A stretch of DNA of 32,000 nt. Source: Dubosiella newyorkensis. Its GTDB lineage: Bacteria; Bacillota_I; Bacilli_A; Erysipelotrichales; Erysipelotrichaceae. This document shows positions 26,881 to 32,000 of the stretch, in pieces. Made by a program: the position numbers and the translations under genes. The notes beneath the pieces were generated by a model. That model was not told the DNA's origin. It searched no databases and saw only the letters and a program-made list of their open reading frames with translations. Numbering within the stretch: position 1 is the stretch's first letter; every line of letters starts with the position of its first letter. The DNA lies in assembly GCF_001945605.1 (NCBI RefSeq), contig NZ_MPKA01000059.1, positions 1 to 32,000 of the forward strand, read 5' to 3'.

Positions 26881-26921
26881 GAATGACTAAATTCCGATTT
26901 TGATGGTCTGGATTGGAATTT
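26861..26921 (+). repeat. Three copies of an 11-nt element in alternating orientation, spaced 21-22 bp
   Basis: AATTGGAATTT (26868-26878), AAATTCCGATT (26889-26899, inverted, 1 mismatch), GATTGGAATTT (26911-26921). The palindrome AATTCGAATT at 26862-26871 overlaps copy 1. Confidence 0.7.
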
Positions 26922-26990
26922 AAGTTTTCAGTTTACATAAAAATATTCGATACACAATCCTATTTTACGAAATCGTAAGGGATGTGTATA

Positions 26991-28871
26991 ATGAGAAATA
27001 TGGAAACTTTATATCAAACTAGATTGTATCAAAATTATCGTAGTGTTTTGATCGTTGTGATCGATCTTTTGATCGTTTTCGCAAGTTATGTATTTACATT
27101 TTTCATGGATAACAATTTCTTTCTGGATGGAAAGATTTTGCATATTACGCATTTGATCCTTTATGGAATGCTTTTTTTGCTTCTTTTGCATCTCGTTGTT
27201 GGGTTGGTTTTTAGTACTCAAAAAGCATTATGGACCTATACAGGACCTCAAGATATCGTTCGGACTGGACTTAGTTCGCTGACTTGTACTGTAATTATGC
27301 TGATCTTCACGCAAACGATGCATTTATTTCATCCATCTTTGATCATTATTTCGGAAGTGATCGCCTTTTTGTTGCAGCTAGGCGTTCGTTTAGGCTATCG
27401 ATATCTGCATCAATATCTACTCAATGTAGACCGAAGCGAAAAAGCGCTCGTGATCGGAGCGGGCAATGGTGGATATATCATGGTCAATGAAATTTATCGG
27501 GGAAGCCGATATCCATACAATGTCGTTGGCTATTTGGATGATTTTAAACCAAAAGGAACCCTGGTCGGCGGGAAAAAAGTGTTAGGAACGACCGAAGAGG
27601 TCAAAGAAATTGTTGAAAAATACGATGTAAAAAACATATTTATCGCAATTTCAAAGATCGATAAAGAAAACAAGCAAAGGATCATTGAACGGTGCGCGGA
27701 AACCCCATGTATCACAAAGATCATGCGCTTTTCTTTAGAAAACGATAAAGAACCTATTCGAGTGGATGAGATCCAAATTGAAGATCTATTGAATCGTCAT
27801 ACGGTCGATCTGAAAAATGAAGAAATTGGAATGTATTTATCGGATCAAGTAGTCTGCGTGACGGGAGCAGGAGGCTCGATCGGATCTGAATTATGTCGTC
27901 AGATCGTTCAATTTCAACCTAAAAAATTGATCATGATCGATATCAACGAAAATACGCTTTACATGCTTAAGCAAGAATTTATGCGTAAAATGCGGAATGG
28001 ATCGATTTCTCCAAATATTGAACTCATCTCTTTGATCATTTCGATTCGCGAACGAGAAGAGATGTTCAAGTTCATGGAGCAATATCATCCTGATGTTTTA
28101 TTTCATGCGGCAGCCCATAAACATGTTCCGTTGATGGAGGATCGTCCTATGGAAGCAATCAGAAATAATGTCTTCGGCACGAAAAATGTGATCGATGCCT
28201 GCATTCAAGGCGGTGTAAAACGGTTGATCATGATTTCAACCGATAAAGCAGTCAATCCAACCAATGTAATGGGGGCGACAAAGCGGATGACAGAATTGAT
28301 CTTGCAGTCAAGAGAACATTCTGGAGAAATCAAGATGGCCGCTGTACGCTTTGGAAATGTTCTAGGTTCGGACGGGTCTGTTATTCCGATTTTTAAAGAA
28401 CAAATCAAGCAAGGTGGACCTGTCACAGTGACAGACTACAATATTCAGCGTTATTTTATGACAATTCCTGAAGCTGCTCAGCTTGTATTGCAAGCTGGTT
28501 ATTATGCCAGCCAACAAGAAATCTTCGTTCTTGATATGGGAAAACCAGTAAAGATCTTGGATCTGGCAGAGAAGATGATACGATTATCTGGATTTAAGCC
28601 TTATGAGGAGATCGCGATCCAAGAGATTGGCTTGAGGCCTGGCGAAAAAATGTTTGAAGAACTCGCTTTGGAGATCGAACAATGTCATCGTACAGACAAT
28701 AAATTGATTTTTGTTCATGATCGTCTAGAAATTCCTCAACAGGAAATTGACCAAAAACTAGAAGTATTGAAAAAAACGATCGAAAATACGGACGATATCG
28801 CTACGATCAAGTCCGTTTTACTCGATTTGATCAAAGATGATCCTGCGTATCGGAATCAAAAGAATCGATAA
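26991..28871 (+). CDS. Membrane-anchored polysaccharide biosynthesis protein, CapD/WbpM/PglF-type UDP-GlcNAc 4,6-dehydratase
   Basis: Four N-terminal TM helices, then two Rossmann regions (LVIGAGNGG; VTGAGGSIGSEL) and MGATKR in the SDR catalytic region. The start is ambiguous (26982, 26991 or 27000). TTTACG-17 nt-TATAAT (26964-26992) would favour a nearly leaderless ATG at 27000. Confidence 0.9.
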   Translation: MRNMETLYQTRLYQNYRSVLIVVIDLLIVFASYVFTFFMDNNFFLDGKILHITHLILYGMLFLLLLHLVVGLVFSTQKALWTYTGPQDIVRTGLSSLTCTVIMLIFTQTMHLFHPSLIIISEVIAFLLQLGVRLGYRYLHQYLLNVDRSEKALVIGAGNGGYIMVNEIYRGSRYPYNVVGYLDDFKPKGTLVGGKKVLGTTEEVKEIVEKYDVKNIFIAISKIDKENKQRIIERCAETPCITKIMRFSLENDKEPIRVDEIQIEDLLNRHTVDLKNEEIGMYLSDQVVCVTGAGGSIGSELCRQIVQFQPKKLIMIDINENTLYMLKQEFMRKMRNGSISPNIELISLIISIREREEMFKFMEQYHPDVLFHAAAHKHVPLMEDRPMEAIRNNVFGTKNVIDACIQGGVKRLIMISTDKAVNPTNVMGATKRMTELILQSREHSGEIKMAAVRFGNVLGSDGSVIPIFKEQIKQGGPVTVTDYNIQRYFMTIPEAAQLVLQAGYYASQQEIFVLDMGKPVKILDLAEKMIRLSGFKPYEEIAIQEIGLRPGEKMFEELALEIEQCHRTDNKLIFVHDRLEIPQQEIDQKLEVLKKTIENTDDIATIKSVLLDLIKDDPAYRNQKNR

Positions 28872-28880
28872 ATATATTTC

Positions 28881-28910
28881 AGAACTGCGAAAGCGGTTCT
28901 TTTTAATTTT
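28881..28910 (+). terminator. Hairpin with GAAA tetraloop plus T-run after the CapD-like gene
   Basis: AGAACTGC-gaaa-GCGGTTCT (one G-U pair), followed by TTTTAATTTTT. Confidence 0.6.
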
Positions 28911-28996
28911 TGAATATTGTTAACAAAACAGGATCTACAACAATTATCGCGAAAATCCGAAACGGGACGGAATCATTTTTTTTAGAAGAAAGAGTA

Positions 28997-29005
28997 TGCT
29001 AAAAT
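28997..29005 (+). promoter_or_regulatory. Extended -10 element upstream of the sugar transferase gene
   Basis: TGCTAAAAT about 25 nt upstream of ATG 29030. The -35 is poor. Confidence 0.35.
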
Positions 29006-29029
29006 AGAACGGAATTGAAAGGAGAGACT

Positions 29030-29620
29030 ATGTATCAAAAGTATTTTAAGCGAGGAATCGATCTTTTTTTAAGCTTTTGCGGTATTGTGGTATTATCTCC
29101 TTTGCTGCTGATCTTAGCTGTTATCATAAAATGCACATCGAAAGGACCTGTACTTTTTAAGCAAAAAAGAATTGGAAAAAATGATACTCATTTCATGATC
29201 TATAAATTTAGAACGATGTATACAGACACGCCGAAAGATATGCCGACCCATCTTTTGGAAAATCCTGACGCATTTATTACACCGATCGGTCATTTTTTAA
29301 GAAAAACAAGTTTAGATGAGCTGCCTCAGCTTTTTAACATTCTTAAAGGCGACATGGCTGTCGTTGGGCCTCGGCCTGCTTTATGGAATCAATATGATTT
29401 GATCGCTCTGCGCGACGAAAATGGTTCTTCTACGATTCGACCAGGATTAACTGGATTAGCGCAAATCAGTGGGCGCGACGAACTCGAGATCCCGATCAAA
29501 GCGAAACTAGACGGTCAATATGCTCAAAAGATCACATTCTTAGAAGATGTTCGTATTCTCTTCGCGACTGTTTTTTCAGTGCTTTGTTCCGAAGGCGTTC
29601 AGGAAGGGAAGCATTCATGA
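29030..29620 (+). CDS. Undecaprenyl-phosphate sugar-phosphate transferase (small PglC/CapM/WbaP-C-terminal type initiating enzyme)
   Basis: One N-terminal membrane helix, KFRTM, and DELPQLFNILKGDMAVVGPRP. ATG 29030 follows GAAAGGAGAG. Confidence 0.9.
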   Translation: MYQKYFKRGIDLFLSFCGIVVLSPLLLILAVIIKCTSKGPVLFKQKRIGKNDTHFMIYKFRTMYTDTPKDMPTHLLENPDAFITPIGHFLRKTSLDELPQLFNILKGDMAVVGPRPALWNQYDLIALRDENGSSTIRPGLTGLAQISGRDELEIPIKAKLDGQYAQKITFLEDVRILFATVFSVLCSEGVQEGKHS

Positions 29621-30462
29621 AACGTGTTTTGATTACAGGAAAGCATTCCTATCTTGGCGGACAAGTAAAACAATATCTTGAACAATTTCCTGATTATGAG
29701 GTTGAAGAACTGGATCTTCATACAAATTGGAAAGATTTTGATTTTTCAAACTATGATTCGATATTTCACGTTGCGGGTCTGGCTCATTCGACTCCAAAAG
29801 AAGAAGACCGATCGCTCTATTATCAGATCAATACGGATCTTGCCTATGAAGTAGCTCAAAAAGCGAAAGAATCTGGTTGTAAGCAGTTTATATTTATGTC
29901 TTCGATCATCGTTTATGGAAATCAAGTCGAGACGATCACTTCGAAAACACCCTTGCTTCCAGAAAATTTCTATGGAGATTCTAAAAAAAAGGCGGAAGAA
30001 AAAATCTGGCCTTTGAATGATGAGAATTTTCGAGTCTGCATCGTTCGACCACCTATGATCTATGGTCCCAATTCAAAAGGGAATTATCGTCTGCTTTCAA
30101 ATTTTGCAAAAAAGATTCCCCTATTTCCGAATGTTTCGAATCACAGAAGTATGTTGTTCGTTGGCAACTTTACAGCATTTATCAAAGGAGTGATCGATCA
30201 TTCTAGTTCGGGATTCTTTTTACCTCAAAATAAAGAAGAAGTGGAAACAAGGTATTTAGTGAAAGAAATCGCAAAGATCCATCAACGACCAATGTGGATT
30301 TCCAATATTTGGAATCCACTGATTCAATTGTTTAAAAATCAAGTTTATATAAAAAAGCTTTTTGGTAATTTAGTAATCGATCCTTCGCTATCTACGTTTG
30401 GTTTTGATTATCAAATCTATACCTTTCAACAATCGATCGTAATCAGTGAAGGAGGAGACTAG
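29617..30462 (+). CDS. NAD-dependent epimerase/dehydratase family protein (CapN-like 4-keto reductase candidate)
   Basis: MKRVLITGKHSYLGG Rossmann start and YGDSKKKAE (YxxxK). ATGA overlap with the transferase gene. Confidence 0.8.
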   Translation: MKRVLITGKHSYLGGQVKQYLEQFPDYEVEELDLHTNWKDFDFSNYDSIFHVAGLAHSTPKEEDRSLYYQINTDLAYEVAQKAKESGCKQFIFMSSIIVYGNQVETITSKTPLLPENFYGDSKKKAEEKIWPLNDENFRVCIVRPPMIYGPNSKGNYRLLSNFAKKIPLFPNVSNHRSMLFVGNFTAFIKGVIDHSSSGFFLPQNKEEVETRYLVKEIAKIHQRPMWISNIWNPLIQLFKNQVYIKKLFGNLVIDPSLSTFGFDYQIYTFQQSIVISEGGD

Positions 30463-30463
30463 A

Positions 30464-31579
30464 ATGAATGTGGCTATCATTTCTGCATTTGATACCTATT
30501 TTGATCGAGTGCGGCTTTTGAAGCGTTTTTTTGAAGCGCAAGGAAACCAAGTCACTGTCATTACTTCTGACTTTTCGCATCGAAAGAAAGAATATGTTCA
30601 ATATATTTCGGGAGCGGATATTTTGGTTCATGCCCGAAAATATCGTAAGAATCTTTCAGTATCTCGCTTGCTTTCCCATTATCGCTTATCTCGATCGATC
30701 AAAGAACAAGTTGAACAAATCCATCCAGATTTGATTTATTGCTTATTACCATCGAACTCCCTTGCGAAAGAAATGGAATCTTATAAAAAAGAGCATCCAT
30801 CGACGAAACTTGTTTTTGATGTGATCGACCTTTGGCCTGAAGCGATGCCAGTCCAAAAATTTTTAAATCTGCTGCCGTTTCGGTTTTGGAAAAATCTAAG
30901 AGACCATCATTTAGATGCGGCAGATCAAATCTTTACAGAATGCAATTTATATCAAAATGTATTAAAAAAAGAAAATGACCCAAAATACGAAACGCTATAT
31001 TGGGCTCGTTCAGAAATCCCTTGTTCTTTTTCGAATTTGATTTCGGAAGATGAATTGCACTTTATCTATTTGGGCTCGATCAATAATATTATCGATATCG
31101 ATTTTATTGTTGAGTTTTTGTGTTTATGTAAAAAAGAAAAGACTACGATCATGCATCTTATTGGACAAGGGGAATCTAAAAAACAATTGATCCAAAAATT
31201 AAAGGAAAAAGAGATCGAAGTGATCGATCACGGTATCGTATATTCACAAGAAAAAAAACAAGCGATCTTTGATCAATGTAATTATGCGCTCAATATTATG
31301 AAGCCAAGCGTTGTCGTCGGCCTTTCTATGAAATCTTTAGATTATTTATGTGGAGGCGTTCCTTTGATCAACACGATCCAAGGCGATACGTTTGATCTAG
31401 TTAAAAAGTATGATCTAGGTTTCAACATCGACCAAAATTCTATAGAACAGATCGTGCAGACGGTTTGTCACTATCCTTTACAAAAACAATTTGAACAAAG
31501 AGAAAATTGCCGAAAAGTCTATCGCGAAATGTTTTATGAAGCTTCATTTATCGAGACTCTAAAAAAGAAAGGACTATGA
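30464..31579 (+). CDS. Glycosyltransferase, GT-B fold (GT4-like)
   Basis: Two-Rossmann layout (MNVAIISAFDTY...; ...FIYLGSIN...GLSMKSLDYLCGGVPLI). ATG 30464 follows GAAGGAGGAG. Confidence 0.7.
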   Translation: MNVAIISAFDTYFDRVRLLKRFFEAQGNQVTVITSDFSHRKKEYVQYISGADILVHARKYRKNLSVSRLLSHYRLSRSIKEQVEQIHPDLIYCLLPSNSLAKEMESYKKEHPSTKLVFDVIDLWPEAMPVQKFLNLLPFRFWKNLRDHHLDAADQIFTECNLYQNVLKKENDPKYETLYWARSEIPCSFSNLISEDELHFIYLGSINNIIDIDFIVEFLCLCKKEKTTIMHLIGQGESKKQLIQKLKEKEIEVIDHGIVYSQEKKQAIFDQCNYALNIMKPSVVVGLSMKSLDYLCGGVPLINTIQGDTFDLVKKYDLGFNIDQNSIEQIVQTVCHYPLQKQFEQRENCRKVYREMFYEASFIETLKKKGL

Positions 31580-32000
31580 AATTGAACTTACATTCGAAAG
31601 AACCTGACATACCTGTTCCCTTATACGCCATTTTAGTCGCGTATAATCATTCATTAGAAAAATCGCCTTCTTATCAAGCATTGAACAAACATAAAGATAT
31701 TCAGCTGATCGTTTGTGATAACAGTACGAATGGAGTGGATATTCGTTCAAATGTTGTCGAGGACGGAAATATTTATATTTCCATGCATGGGAATCGTGGG
31801 TTATCTAAAGCTTATAATCGAGCGTTGGATCAGATCCAAGTAGAAGATCCTACACTTGAAGGATACGTCATGTTGTTTGATGACGATACAAAGATATCGA
31901 ATCAATATTTTGAAGAAGTAAAAAAAGCCATTCAAACGAAAGAAGCGGATATCTATTTGCCTTTAGTGACTGATGGACACCCTGAACAAGGGTATTTATC
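31575..32000 (+). CDS. Glycosyltransferase family 2, 5' partial (runs off the window)
   Basis: Not in the ORF track because no stop is reached. My own translation gives MKLNLHSKEPDIPVPLYAILVAYNHS...LIVCDNSTNG...NRGLSKAYNRAL...MLFDDDT, a GT-A signature. ATGA overlap with the upstream gene. Confidence 0.75.

Noticed and set aside
1-32000. I looked for CRISPR arrays, tRNA genes, toxin-antitoxin pairs and known defence-system gene combinations.
   Set aside because: I saw no regularly spaced repeats, no cloverleaf-like sequences in the intergenic regions, and no nuclease, helicase, ATPase or methyltransferase gene sets. Every ORF longer than 100 aa outside the hypotheticals is explained by metabolism, division or envelope biogenesis.

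Overview
This is a chromosomal window from a low-GC Gram-positive bacterium (Bacillota). The stripped-down mraZ-rsmH-ftsL-pbp-ftsA-ftsZ cluster hints at an Erysipelotrichia-like lineage, but I cannot prove that from sequence alone.

Gene order:
- 1-200: 3' end of an rrn operon (5S rRNA plus terminator).
- 282-3889: de novo NAD operon nadB-nadC-niaR-nadA, with the repressor gene embedded in it.
- 3929-8734: small hypothetical genes, a rhodanese, a split short-chain chromate-transporter pair, cutC and an L-lactate permease.
- 8814-15681: a minimal division (dcw) cluster.
- 15841-23925: an ABC-transporter-dependent wall-polysaccharide cassette (LCP, TagH-like, TagG-like, 847-aa double GT2, LCP).
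- 23971-25380: a MATE efflux gene.
- 25491-26880: a 1.4-kb gene-decay zone (DUF3737 gene with an in-frame TAA, a frameshifted small Cys-rich gene, a LysR N-terminal remnant).
- 26991-32000: start of a second glycan locus (CapD-like dehydratase, CapM-like initiating transferase, CapN-like reductase, GT4, partial GT2).

I found no CRISPR array, tRNA, transposase, integrase, phage gene or recognisable defence system.

The least ordinary signals are:
1. A strong excess of GATC/CGATCG in native genes.
2. A sharply bounded GATC-poor, AT-rich 3.7-kb cassette that starts inside tagH.
3. A GW...RPDV module shared by the exporter ATPase C-terminus and, in tandem, the glycosyltransferase N-terminus.
4. 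An FtsA whose actin-fold ATP-binding motifs are degenerate.
5. A three-copy 11-nt element with alternating orientation upstream of the CapD-like gene.

All counts are hand counts. No database searches were run.
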